This document shows positions 19,306 to 27,814 of a stretch of 64,000 bases of DNA, piece by piece. Source of the DNA: an uncultured Mycoplasmatota bacterium (GTDB lineage Bacteria; Bacillota_I; Bacilli_A; RF39; UBA660); the NCBI GenBank assembly GCA_900548695.1, contig URLC01000002.1, positions 95,692 to 159,691 of the forward strand, read 5' to 3'. Position numbers and translations under genes: made by a program. The notes beneath the pieces are model-generated. The model worked only from the letters and a program-made list of their open reading frames with translations, ran no database searches and was not told the origin of the DNA. Within the stretch, counting starts at the first letter, position 1, and each line of letters begins with the position of its first letter.

Positions 19306-20259
19306 TTATATTTTATTTTTAATCATATTTCCTCGCTCACAACGGTTACCCCAAAAATCTAGTAATTCTCCATCTTTTTTTACATAAATTATTTCACAAT
19401 TATTTGGACAGCCAGCACAATTTATGCTGGTTGTTTTGAAGTTTTCATCGACAATATCAAAAGTAAAGTTAATTTCTTTTTCTTTTTTGGAAAGGATAGC
19501 GACTCCTAAGGCTCCCATTAAATGACCGTTTTCATCAGTAATTATTTTTTCGTTTAAGATTTTTTCAAAAGCATCAACAACTCCAATATTTTTAGAAACA
19601 CCACCTTGAAATATGATAGGTGCAATAATATGTTTTCCTTTACCTACATTATTTAAATAATTTAAGGCAACACTTTTACAAAGACCTGCGACGATATCTT
19701 CTTTTTTATGGCCCATTTGAGCTTTATGAACTAAGTCACTTTCAGCAAAGACCGTACATCTAGCAGCGATAGGAGTAGGGTTTTTACTTTTTAAAGCTAT
19801 TTTTCCAAAATCTTCTACTGGAATATCCAAGCGTTTGGCCTGACTGGATAAGAAAGATCCTGTGCCAGCTGCACATAAAGTGTTCATAGCATAGTCAGTG
19901 ACTACTTTGTCTTTTAAAAGAATAATTTTAGAGTCTTGACCACCGATTTCTATGATGGTTCTAATATCAGGGTATTTTGATAGTGTTCCAATAGCATGAG
20001 CAGTTATTTCATTTTTTATAATGTTAGCTCCTAGTATTGTTCCAATAAGTTTTCTAGCAGAACCTGTTGTACCAACTCCAACGATTTTATAATTAGCTGG
20101 TAGATGTTCTTTTAAATTTTTTAAGACATTTTTTACGGCTTGTAAGGGATTACCTTTTGTCCATAAGTAGGTACTAGCTAAGATTTTATTATTTTTATCA
20201 ATAATAACTCCTTTCGTAGAAATTGATCCTATATCAATACCTAGATATGCTTTATTCAT
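19306..20259 (-). CDS. BcrAD/BadFG-type ATPase (acyl-CoA dehydratase activase-like)
   Basis: It has GIDIGSISTKGV, GGQDSK and CAAGTGSFL, plus a C-terminal Cys cluster CAGCPNNCE...CERG. Confidence 0.85.
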   Translation of the reverse strand: MNKAYLGIDIGSISTKGVIIDKNNKILASTYLWTKGNPLQAVKNVLKNLKEHLPANYKIVGVGTTGSARKLIGTILGANIIKNEITAHAIGTLSKYPDIRTIIEIGGQDSKIILLKDKVVTDYAMNTLCAAGTGSFLSSQAKRLDIPVEDFGKIALKSKNPTPIAARCTVFAESDLVHKAQMGHKKEDIVAGLCKSVALNYLNNVGKGKHIIAPIIFQGGVSKNIGVVDAFEKILNEKIITDENGHLMGALGVAILSKKEKEINFTFDIVDENFKTTSINCAGCPNNCEIIYVKKDGELLDFWGNRCERGNMIKNKI

Positions 20260-21323
20260 TATTTTTTCCTCCTTATCATTAATAAATCTTTAAAGGCCTC
20301 TAGTCTGGTATTTATTCCTTCGATACCTGTTTCAGCGTCGTATGAAAAAAAGATAATAGGTGTGTTATATTCTTCACACACTTTTTGAATGATTGGAATG
20401 GCACCAATTTCTGGAGTACAGCCAAAGGGTTTGATATGAATGATGCCATCATATTTTCTTTTGCAGAGAAAAATACTTCGATAGACATTATCTAAGCCAT
20501 CTGCTCCTAAAGAATATTTACAGTATTTTTTTGTTTTTTTCTTTATCCATTTTTTTATTAGAAATTTTTGCCATATTAAATAAGAAAGGTTAGTAAATCT
20601 TTTAATTTCAATATGTTCTTTAGCTAGAGTCATTTCTAAATCATAACTTGCAAAAGATTCCATTGAAGTATAGAGTTCCCCAATAATTCCGACTTTTAAG
20701 CAGTTTTTTGGTTTATTAACTTTTATATGTTTAAATTTTTTCTTATACTTTTTATATAAGATGCTTAATTTGAAAATTGAATTTGTATTATATAAATCAG
20801 ATAACATTTTTTCTTTTAAATTTTTGTGAGTATTTAATTGTTGTTCAAAACCAATGTTTTTTCTAATGATTTTGTCAATTTCATCCATGTAAAAAATAAA
20901 TAAAAGAGTATAAATTATACTTTTTATAAATTTTCTTTTTGTTAGATTAGAATTTATTTCTTTAAACATTTTATAAATTTCTTTAAAGTTAATTTTATCT
21001 TTAGAAATTAATTTGTAAAATTTAAATTGATATCCTAAATCTTTTAAAATGGTTTCAGTTACTTCAGCATAATAGCGATAACGACAACCTCCACCAGCAG
21101 TAAATAAGATATTAGCGCCATTTTCAAGACTTTCTATAAAGTTTCCTAGATTATACTTAAAAGGAATACAAACAGTATCAGGAGCGTATTTGGTTCCTAA
21201 ATCTAAGGTCTTTTTAGTAATTGGTGGAGCCGGTTTTACATTTTTTTCCGTTAGTAAGGTTAAGAGTTTTGTAATAGGGTAGTAGTAATCACCTAAATGA
21301 GGAAAACTAATTATTGGTTCCAT
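20259..21323 (-). CDS. Activase-associated protein (COG3580/3581-type, uncharacterised)
   Basis: It has FPHLGDYY and CIPFKYNLGNF, and it is translationally coupled to both neighbouring genes. Confidence 0.65.
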   Translation of the reverse strand: MEPIISFPHLGDYYYPITKLLTLLTEKNVKPAPPITKKTLDLGTKYAPDTVCIPFKYNLGNFIESLENGANILFTAGGGCRYRYYAEVTETILKDLGYQFKFYKLISKDKINFKEIYKMFKEINSNLTKRKFIKSIIYTLLFIFYMDEIDKIIRKNIGFEQQLNTHKNLKEKMLSDLYNTNSIFKLSILYKKYKKKFKHIKVNKPKNCLKVGIIGELYTSMESFASYDLEMTLAKEHIEIKRFTNLSYLIWQKFLIKKWIKKKTKKYCKYSLGADGLDNVYRSIFLCKRKYDGIIHIKPFGCTPEIGAIPIIQKVCEEYNTPIIFFSYDAETGIEGINTRLEAFKDLLMIRRKK

Positions 21324-22236
21324 TTTTTTCCTCCTTTAAATTATTTAATATATCAATAAAACTTTCTAATCTAGTGATAATTCCTGCTTCATTATTTAAA
21401 TCATCAAATAATAAAGTTATGATGGGAACTTTTTTTATTTGATGGACTATTTGTTCATTCATTAATGAGTCTGGTCCGCAAGGAAAAGATGAAATTAAGA
21501 TTATGCCATCCACTTTATCTTCATAGTATTTTGTGCTTGCAACCACTTCTTTATTGTGAGTCCAATGAATACTTGGAGCTATTTTCTTATATTCTTCACT
21601 TATTAGAGTGTGGTCTATTTTGTCACTATAGATAATTGTGATATTGTTTTTTTCTAGATAAGATGTAATAGTTTTGCCGATTAGGTCATCGTATAAATTG
21701 TAGGGATGTCCGGCTAAGAGAATTTTCAGATTGGCACTTTCTAAATTGTGTTTTTGCTCTAACTCATTTTTACTTCGTTTCATTTCTTTTATTTTTTTAG
21801 CATATTTGTATGCATTATAAGACTTTATATAAGAAAAACCTAGTAATTCACCTAATTTTAAAAAACCTAATAACTCATAATCATTTTTAGATACATCGAT
21901 GTTATAATTTAATATTTTAATGTTAAATAAATTATTAGTTAAATCATATAAGGCATTAAAATTAGTGCAAACCTGTTCGTGTTTTTCTAAAGAAAAAATT
22001 CTAGGAATTAAGATGTAATCACATTTATTTTGTAATTCATAAATATGACCTAAATAAATTTTTAAGGCTAGACATGCTTCTGATGGAGCTATTTTCGAAC
22101 CGTTTTCTATGATTTTTTTATTAGTTTTAGGACTGATTACATAAGGGATATCTAGTTTTTTAAAAAATGTTAACCATAAGTCTTTATCATAATAATATAG
22201 TAGGGCTCTTGGTATTCCAATTGTTTTTTTGATAAT
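21307..22236 (-). CDS. Activase-associated protein (DUF2229-like) with non-canonical ATT/ATC start
   Basis: The frame stays open for 151 codons upstream of the track start (21783) up to a TAA stop. That extension encodes IKKTIGIPRALLYYYDKDLWLTFFKKLD..., a family-typical N-terminus. The only candidate starts after AAGGAAG are ATT (22236) and ATC (22233). Confidence 0.7.
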   Translation of the reverse strand: MIKKTIGIPRALLYYYDKDLWLTFFKKLDIPYVISPKTNKKIIENGSKIAPSEACLALKIYLGHIYELQNKCDYILIPRIFSLEKHEQVCTNFNALYDLTNNLFNIKILNYNIDVSKNDYELLGFLKLGELLGFSYIKSYNAYKYAKKIKEMKRSKNELEQKHNLESANLKILLAGHPYNLYDDLIGKTITSYLEKNNITIIYSDKIDHTLISEEYKKIAPSIHWTHNKEVVASTKYYEDKVDGIILISSFPCGPDSLMNEQIVHQIKKVPIITLLFDDLNNEAGIITRLESFIDILNNLKEEKNGTNN

Positions 22237-22386
22237 ATCACTTCCTTAATCTATCTTATGTTTTAATTTTTAAAGAAGCAAAAAAAGATATCGACAAATT
22301 ATTTAAAGTTGAAAATTTTATGAGAAAAGAGTGCATTTGAAGAAAAGTATGTTATAATTGGTGGTAGTGAATGGAGGAAGATAAAA

Positions 22387-22935
22387 ATGAATGATAAAAC
22401 TAAGAAAATAGTTACTGCTATAGCCATTGTTGTGGGAGTTATTTTAGTTTGTGCCTTATGTTACTTTGCTTCAGTTTCTGCTAGTGAAGGAGAAAAGTAT
22501 AGTGATCAAAAAAGTCCGGTTACAGGAACCATGGATATGACTACTAAGGCTCAAGAAGAGAGTGCTAATGTAGCAGAAGATGAAAAGAAAGATTTTTCTG
22601 ATATTGATGTTTCCAAATACCTTGAGTTATTTGAAAGTGATGAAGCTAGTATTGTGTTGTTTTCTAGGCCAACTTGTGGATATTGCCAAATTGCAGAACC
22701 AATTTTACATCATATAGCTTATCAATATGATTTAACTCTTTATCATGTTAATACTGATGAAATGGATTCGGATGATGCTTCTGCTTTAGCCGAGTCTGAC
22801 GATATATTTAATCAATTTGGAACACCATTATTGGTGGCTGTTAAAGATGGAAAAGTTGTTGACAGAGTTGATGGGTTAGTTGATACAGAAAACTATGTTA
22901 ATTTCTTTAAAACAAACGGTTTTATTAATGAATAA
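22387..22935 (+). CDS. Membrane-anchored thioredoxin-fold protein
   Basis: It has an N-terminal TM helix and the CxxC motif PTCGYCQ in a thioredoxin-like context. Confidence 0.7.
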   Translation: MNDKTKKIVTAIAIVVGVILVCALCYFASVSASEGEKYSDQKSPVTGTMDMTTKAQEESANVAEDEKKDFSDIDVSKYLELFESDEASIVLFSRPTCGYCQIAEPILHHIAYQYDLTLYHVNTDEMDSDDASALAESDDIFNQFGTPLLVAVKDGKVVDRVDGLVDTENYVNFFKTNGFINE

Positions 22936-22946
22936 GGAGTGAAAAT

Positions 22947-23396
22947 ATGCATAGTGTATATGAAATGGCTTTAGATTTTAAACGAAGGCATCCGTTTACG
23001 ATAGGATGGAGAATTAAAAAGAATGCATCTGTTGTTGAGAAATATCTAAATAGTGATGAGCATGTTTTATATGCTTTTATTGCTCAAAAGAATAATAATC
23101 CATTTAATATTTTAGGAACTGCTGTTATAGCAATTACCAATAAAAGAATTTTAATTGGTAGAAAAAGAGTAGTTATTGGATATTTTTTAAATTCAGTTAC
23201 ACCTGATATGTTTAATGATTTAAAGGTTTCTAGTGGGATTATTTGGGGTAAGATCTATATTGATACTGTTAAAGAATTTATAGCTTTATCTAACATTTCT
23301 AAAGATGCTTTGGATGAAATAGAGAGTGCTATTTCTGAATATATAATGGAAGAAAAGAAAAAATATGCACTTAACATGAGAATGGAACAAAAATAA
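22947..23396 (+). CDS. Bacterial PH-domain-like protein
   Basis: The segment EHVLYAFIAQ...GTAVIAITNKRILIG resembles bacterial PH (bPH) domains. Confidence 0.4.
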   Translation: MHSVYEMALDFKRRHPFTIGWRIKKNASVVEKYLNSDEHVLYAFIAQKNNNPFNILGTAVIAITNKRILIGRKRVVIGYFLNSVTPDMFNDLKVSSGIIWGKIYIDTVKEFIALSNISKDALDEIESAISEYIMEEKKKYALNMRMEQK

Positions 23397-23444
23397 CTTT
23401 TGTTCCTTCTTTTTTTTTGGTATACTGTTATAGTAGGTGATGGT

Positions 23445-24680
23445 ATGAAAAAACTTTTACCAATTTTAGTGGTATTAGCAATTGTTGCTTGTTGTTATCA
23501 AATAATTGTGACTTTTTTTATTTCAGAACATCAAGTGAATTATTCTTTAATAGCTTCTGATCAACAAACTTATACTATTTCAGAGAATTATCAAAAAAAG
23601 GGAAAAAGGCATTATTATTCTTTTTTAATTGATTCCAAGAAGAATAATTTTTCCATAAAAGTAGAAGAGGATTTTGATAAACAGGATAGGGTTATTACAG
23701 ATATTAAATATTATAAAAAAAATAAATTGGAATGTATTTTACCAATTTATAAAAGAAATCATACATTTGATATTTCTTGCTTATTTGATGGAGTTCAAGT
23801 TACACCATTTTATTTAAGACAAGAACAAAATGAAGACTTTCAGTTTATTATTAAAAAGTTTGAAAAAGATTATGATAAAAAGTATTATCAAGATGGAAAA
23901 ATTACTAAAGAAAAAAATTTAGGTATTTACTATGATAATATTCCGGAAGATTTTGTATTTGCTATTTGGAATTATCGTGGTATTGATATGCTGACTTCTG
24001 AAGGATTAGAGGAGAAACAATTCTTGAATGAAGATCATTATGAAAATGATTTATCGACAGTAGTTGGCAAGTATTATGTTACTATAAATACGGATGATGC
24101 TGAGGAAAGACTTGATTATTCTCAAGTGATTGTTTATAATTTACAAGATGGTGGAAAGACAATAGTAGATGTTAATTTATCTCAAGATTCTTATTTTAAT
24201 GGTTCTAGTGATGGTAAACTTTATATCACTGATTTGAAAGAGAAAAAACAATATGTACTTAATCCTGCTAAAAAAGAAGTTACGGAAGTGACTAAAGTTA
24301 AAGAAGTAAAAAATTCTAAGTTAGTAAAGGCTGGTAATGATTTTTTTGATAATCCTAAGGTGGATTCTAACGTGGTTATTAATAAGCAAATTACTAAACT
24401 ATATGGAACGACAGATATTAAACGTAGTGGGGATGATTATTATTTTAAGACTAAAGATGGAAAATTATATAGAGTTATTCAAAAAGATTATAAACATCCT
24501 ATTTTATTATGTCAGTTTAGTGACATTAAAGAGTGGCAAGCACATGATGATGGCGTTAGTTTTATAGTTCAAGATACCTTATATTTTTATAATGATGTTT
24601 ATGGACTTCATCCTATTTTAGTTAATTCAGAGTTTAATTATAATTCTAAAAACATATATCATTTTATTAGAGGAGAATAA
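23445..24680 (+). CDS. Hypothetical membrane-anchored protein (411 aa)
   Basis: The ATG at 23445 follows AGGTGATGG. It has an N-terminal TM helix and no recognised motif. Confidence 0.55.
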   Translation: MKKLLPILVVLAIVACCYQIIVTFFISEHQVNYSLIASDQQTYTISENYQKKGKRHYYSFLIDSKKNNFSIKVEEDFDKQDRVITDIKYYKKNKLECILPIYKRNHTFDISCLFDGVQVTPFYLRQEQNEDFQFIIKKFEKDYDKKYYQDGKITKEKNLGIYYDNIPEDFVFAIWNYRGIDMLTSEGLEEKQFLNEDHYENDLSTVVGKYYVTINTDDAEERLDYSQVIVYNLQDGGKTIVDVNLSQDSYFNGSSDGKLYITDLKEKKQYVLNPAKKEVTEVTKVKEVKNSKLVKAGNDFFDNPKVDSNVVINKQITKLYGTTDIKRSGDDYYFKTKDGKLYRVIQKDYKHPILLCQFSDIKEWQAHDDGVSFIVQDTLYFYNDVYGLHPILVNSEFNYNSKNIYHFIRGE

Positions 24681-24726
24681 TCTTCTCTTTTTTTCATATA
24701 ATTTAATAAGAAAAGAAAAAATATAG

Positions 24727-24755
24727 TTGAAATTTTAAAATAGCTTTGATATAAT
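24727..24755 (+). promoter_or_regulatory. Sigma-A promoter for tRNA-Cys/Gly
   Basis: TTGAAA (24727-24732) is followed by a 17-nt spacer and TGaTATAAT (TATAAT at 24750-24755). Confidence 0.75.
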
Positions 24756-24768
24756 CATAAGTGCAAGT

Positions 24769-24842
24769 GGGGCTTTAGCCAAGTGGTAAGGCGTGGGTCT
24801 GCAACACCCTGATCACCGGTTCAAATCCGGTAGGCCCCTCCA
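24769..24842 (+). tRNA. tRNA-Cys (GCA)
   Basis: It has an acceptor stem and T-arm GGTTCAAATCC, anticodon loop CTGCAAC, discriminator U73 and an encoded CCA. Confidence 0.9.
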
Positions 24843-24843
24843 T

Positions 24844-24918
24844 GCGGATGTAGTTTAGTGGTTAGAATACGGCCTTGCCAAGGCTGTGACGGGGATTCGA
24901 TTTCCCTCATCCGCTCCA
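24844..24918 (+). tRNA. tRNA-Gly (GCC)
   Basis: It has anticodon stem CGGCC/GGCTG, loop TTGCCAA, T-arm GGATTCGATTTCC and an encoded CCA. Confidence 0.9.
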
Positions 24919-24927
24919 TTGAAATAT

Positions 24928-24967
24928 AACTTACGGACTCTAAAGATTCGTAAGTTTTTTGTTTTTT
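24928..24967 (+). terminator. Intrinsic terminator after tRNA pair
   Basis: Stem AACTTACG/CGTAAGTT is followed by a long T-run. Confidence 0.7.
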
Positions 24968-25216
24968 ATAATTTAGACCGGTAGATTTTTTACCCTTTCA
25001 AAAACTTATAATAAGTGGAATTTTGTTTTTAATTACTAGAATTTATATTTGAAAAATTAAAGTTTTTTTTACATTCTAATTTATGAATTATATATAGTAA
25101 AAATCATAAATAAAAAAAGAGGATAAATTATAAAAGTAATTTTTTCCTCTTTTTATATTTTATTGAATAGGGTAGTCATGTTATTTTCTTGCTAGTATTG
25201 GATTTAACCCGTTTTA

Positions 25217-26269
25217 TTATAGAAATTTTTTTAAATATGTAAAAATATAATCATAGTATTTTTCTTTGTTAGCATTATAAAATTCGATAATTTTATTTGC
25301 CGTAGTATAGGCATTATTAAAATCATCATTTGTTATAAAACCGTTATCTAATAGTTCTTTTAATTCGTCTTCATCCATAATAGATGGTTCGTGATTGTAG
25401 GGAATACATACATCTAATTTCATATCTATAAAAAAGGGATTCTCTCTATCATAAAAATTATTTAATCGAGTAATATCAAAATAACTTTCTATCAAATTAT
25501 TATTAGCATCAAACATAACGGTTAACCACCAATTGACATTTTCGGGCGCTATTATAATATTTTTATAATTATTATCTGCGATTGTTATTAACCCTGTAGG
25601 TGAATTTACTTTTAAAGGTGTTTCTACTTCTTTCATAGTTAATAAACATATTTTACCTTTAAAATATTTATTTTCAGTATCTTCTATTTTTATGGTTTTA
25701 TTTTTTAATCTTTTCCAATCATTTCTTTTTAAATCTCTCATTCCAAAATTAATATTTTTATCATTTTTTAATTTAATTCTTGTAAAATACTCATCTTCAT
25801 TTTCTCCATATAAGTATGCACCACATTTAATTTGTACTTTTAATGATGAGGGATTGCTCTTATGAGAAGATAAATATATTTCATCTTCTTTTATTATCTT
25901 TTTACATTCTTCTATTGCAAGTTCTAATCCTTTTGTAGCATAGCCATTTTTTCTGTAATTTTTTAAAATTGTGTATCCTATATGTCCAGCTCCATTTTTT
26001 AAAGCGTCATTTAGATAATGTCTTATTTTAAATAATCCAATAATTTCTTGATTGTTCCATAAGAAAAAATAGGTATCTGGAACATAACCTTCTGGTAGAT
26101 CAACACCTTCTGAATTTTTTAATAATTTTGGAATAATCTCATTTTTAAATTTTTCTTTTGAAACATTGTAATATTTATTTTCAAAGCCATTTTCATTGTG
26201 GGGAATTTTTATTATTGCTTCGTATTCTTTATCAATATCTTCATAGTTTATTTTTTTTAATACTAACAT
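25217..26269 (-). CDS. GNAT acetyltransferase fused to DUF402 (Ntdp/FomD-like) domain
   Basis: The N-terminal half has the GNAT motif ILKNYRKNGYATKGLELAI. The C-terminal half (FDITRLN...FIDMKLDV...) resembles DUF402. Confidence 0.55.
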   Translation of the reverse strand: MLVLKKINYEDIDKEYEAIIKIPHNENGFENKYYNVSKEKFKNEIIPKLLKNSEGVDLPEGYVPDTYFFLWNNQEIIGLFKIRHYLNDALKNGAGHIGYTILKNYRKNGYATKGLELAIEECKKIIKEDEIYLSSHKSNPSSLKVQIKCGAYLYGENEDEYFTRIKLKNDKNINFGMRDLKRNDWKRLKNKTIKIEDTENKYFKGKICLLTMKEVETPLKVNSPTGLITIADNNYKNIIIAPENVNWWLTVMFDANNNLIESYFDITRLNNFYDRENPFFIDMKLDVCIPYNHEPSIMDEDELKELLDNGFITNDDFNNAYTTANKIIEFYNANKEKYYDYIFTYLKKFL

Positions 26270-26428
26270 ATTATCCTCCTTATTTAATTGAGTTTTTTTT
26301 AATAGTTTTCTTTAGTTTTAAAAACTTTTATATTTCGTTGATATATCTATTATTTTGAATGTTTATAATTTCTATGAAATGCACTTTATTAAAATCAATA
26401 ACTAACATTTAAGCGTGGAGTTTTAATT

Positions 26429-26986
26429 TTATAAAATATCTAATAATTGTTTTGTTTCTTGATGTATGTTTATTCCTTTTTCTTTTAAATGATTTTCTTG
26501 ACAGACTAAGCAATGTTTCAAAGCTATATCAATATTATTTTCTTGATAAGATAATTTTTTTACTTGTTTTAAACCTTCAGGGAGATTATCTCTTGCTATT
26601 TTATCCGCAATGAAAACTATTTTTGCTAATAAGTCCATCTCTTTATTGCCGATAGTATGATAGTGGATAGCTTCACAAATATCGTTTTCTAAGTGGTATT
26701 TTTCTTTAGCTAAAATAGCTCCAATATCAGCATGTCTTAAATTGGTGTTTTCTGTATTTAATAATTCTTGGGGTAAGTGATATTTTTTTATCAAATTGTA
26801 ATTTTCTTCTTCAGTTAAATCTTTAGCAATATCGTGTATTAGTCCGGCTAAATAGGCTTTTTTCTCGTCGTAATTATAGTGCTTTGCTAATTTTTTTGCT
26901 TCATCTGCCACCTTTAAACTATGTTTATATCTAAATTTTGTTAATGTTTTTTTTAAATCATTTTTGATTATTTCTATATCCTGCAT
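26429..26986 (-). CDS. yqeK: HD-domain phosphohydrolase YqeK-like
   Basis: It has RYKHSLKVA and GLIHDIAKD, and its size and layout match YqeK. Confidence 0.75.
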   Translation of the reverse strand: MQDIEIIKNDLKKTLTKFRYKHSLKVADEAKKLAKHYNYDEKKAYLAGLIHDIAKDLTEEENYNLIKKYHLPQELLNTENTNLRHADIGAILAKEKYHLENDICEAIHYHTIGNKEMDLLAKIVFIADKIARDNLPEGLKQVKKLSYQENNIDIALKHCLVCQENHLKEKGINIHQETKQLLDIL

Positions 26987-27127
26987 AAATCCTCCTATCT
27001 ACTTTATTATAATATAAATTTTTTTAATTAGTTTCTTTTTTTTGACTTTTAATATTTTAGTAAAAATACTTCTCTTATTAGTCAAATTATGTTACAATGT
27101 TTTCATAATAGGAAGGGTAGGATTAGT

Positions 27128-27778
27128 ATGACAGATGATGTTTTTAAGAAAGTTAAACAGAGTGGGAGAAAAGTACCTAGAAAGTATTCCACGACTCCTA
27201 AAAAAGAAAGAGAAGAGGTAATTGAAGTAGAAAAAGAAGGTTGGTGGGTATATGTATTATTGTTGTCAACCGTAGTTATACTTTGTCAATCATTGAAAGA
27301 TTATACTTTTTCGTTTGATAATGTAACACTTACTTATTCACTTTTTATATTGCCAGTAGTTTATTTTGTTACTAATTATATTACAAAAAAATATGGTTAT
27401 GGAAAAGCTATTGTGGGTATTTCAGTATCTGGTGTTGCTTTAGTAGTGTTTAGCTTTATCATGAGTTTTGTAATTGGTAAAGAGTTTAGTTTATATGATA
27501 TATGCGGTGGATTTTGCGGATATGTTATCAGTCAATTTGTGAATTTATCTATTTATCAATTCTTATTAGTAAATATTAATGATTCATTTATTTTAATTTT
27601 CTTAACTTATTTATTTGCTTTTGTTGTTAATTATTTATTCTATACATTAATTTATATGAATTTATTAGTGTTTGATAATTACTGGGTATCTTATTTTGCA
27701 ACACTTCTTCTTCAAGGAATAGTATGTTTTGTATTGACTTTCTTTGATGTTAATATTAAACGTGGATTTGAAGTGTAA
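27128..27778 (+). CDS. Polytopic membrane protein, possibly VUT/DUF165 (queuosine-precursor transporter-like)
   Basis: It has six or so TM helices. The segment PVVYFVTNYITKKYGYGKA resembles the DUF165 signature, but the acidic residues are replaced. The track start at 27089 lies in the promoter (TGtTACAAT). Confidence 0.3.
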   Translation: MTDDVFKKVKQSGRKVPRKYSTTPKKEREEVIEVEKEGWWVYVLLLSTVVILCQSLKDYTFSFDNVTLTYSLFILPVVYFVTNYITKKYGYGKAIVGISVSGVALVVFSFIMSFVIGKEFSLYDICGGFCGYVISQFVNLSIYQFLLVNINDSFILIFLTYLFAFVVNYLFYTLIYMNLLVFDNYWVSYFATLLLQGIVCFVLTFFDVNIKRGFEV

Positions 27779-27780
27779 TA

Positions 27781-27811
27781 AAAAAATCTTCTAAAAAAGA
27801 AGATTTTTTTT
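27781..27811. terminator. Bidirectional intrinsic terminator
   Basis: Stem AATCTTCT/AGAAGATT is flanked by an A-run and a T-run, between convergent genes. Confidence 0.8.
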
Positions 27812-27814
27812 GGT

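Noticed and set aside
22342-22358. The exact 17-mer GAAAAGTATGTTATAAT occurs at 22342-22358 and again at 28641-28657. A 15-mer GTATTTTATGAAAAG is shared between about 19150 and about 28632. I considered a shared regulatory box or repeat element.
   Set aside because: Both copies of the 17-mer coincide with extended -10 promoter sequence (TGTTATAAT). A rough estimate for 64 kb at this base composition predicts one to a few chance 17-mer matches. The flanking bases diverge immediately.
26987-27127. I looked for a preQ1 riboswitch upstream of the DUF165/VUT-like membrane protein.
   Set aside because: The leader between the TGTTACAAT -10 element and the ATG is only about 20-25 nt. It contains no preQ1-I/II consensus, such as the CCCUC...AAAAAACUA type. 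The DUF165 assignment itself is weak.
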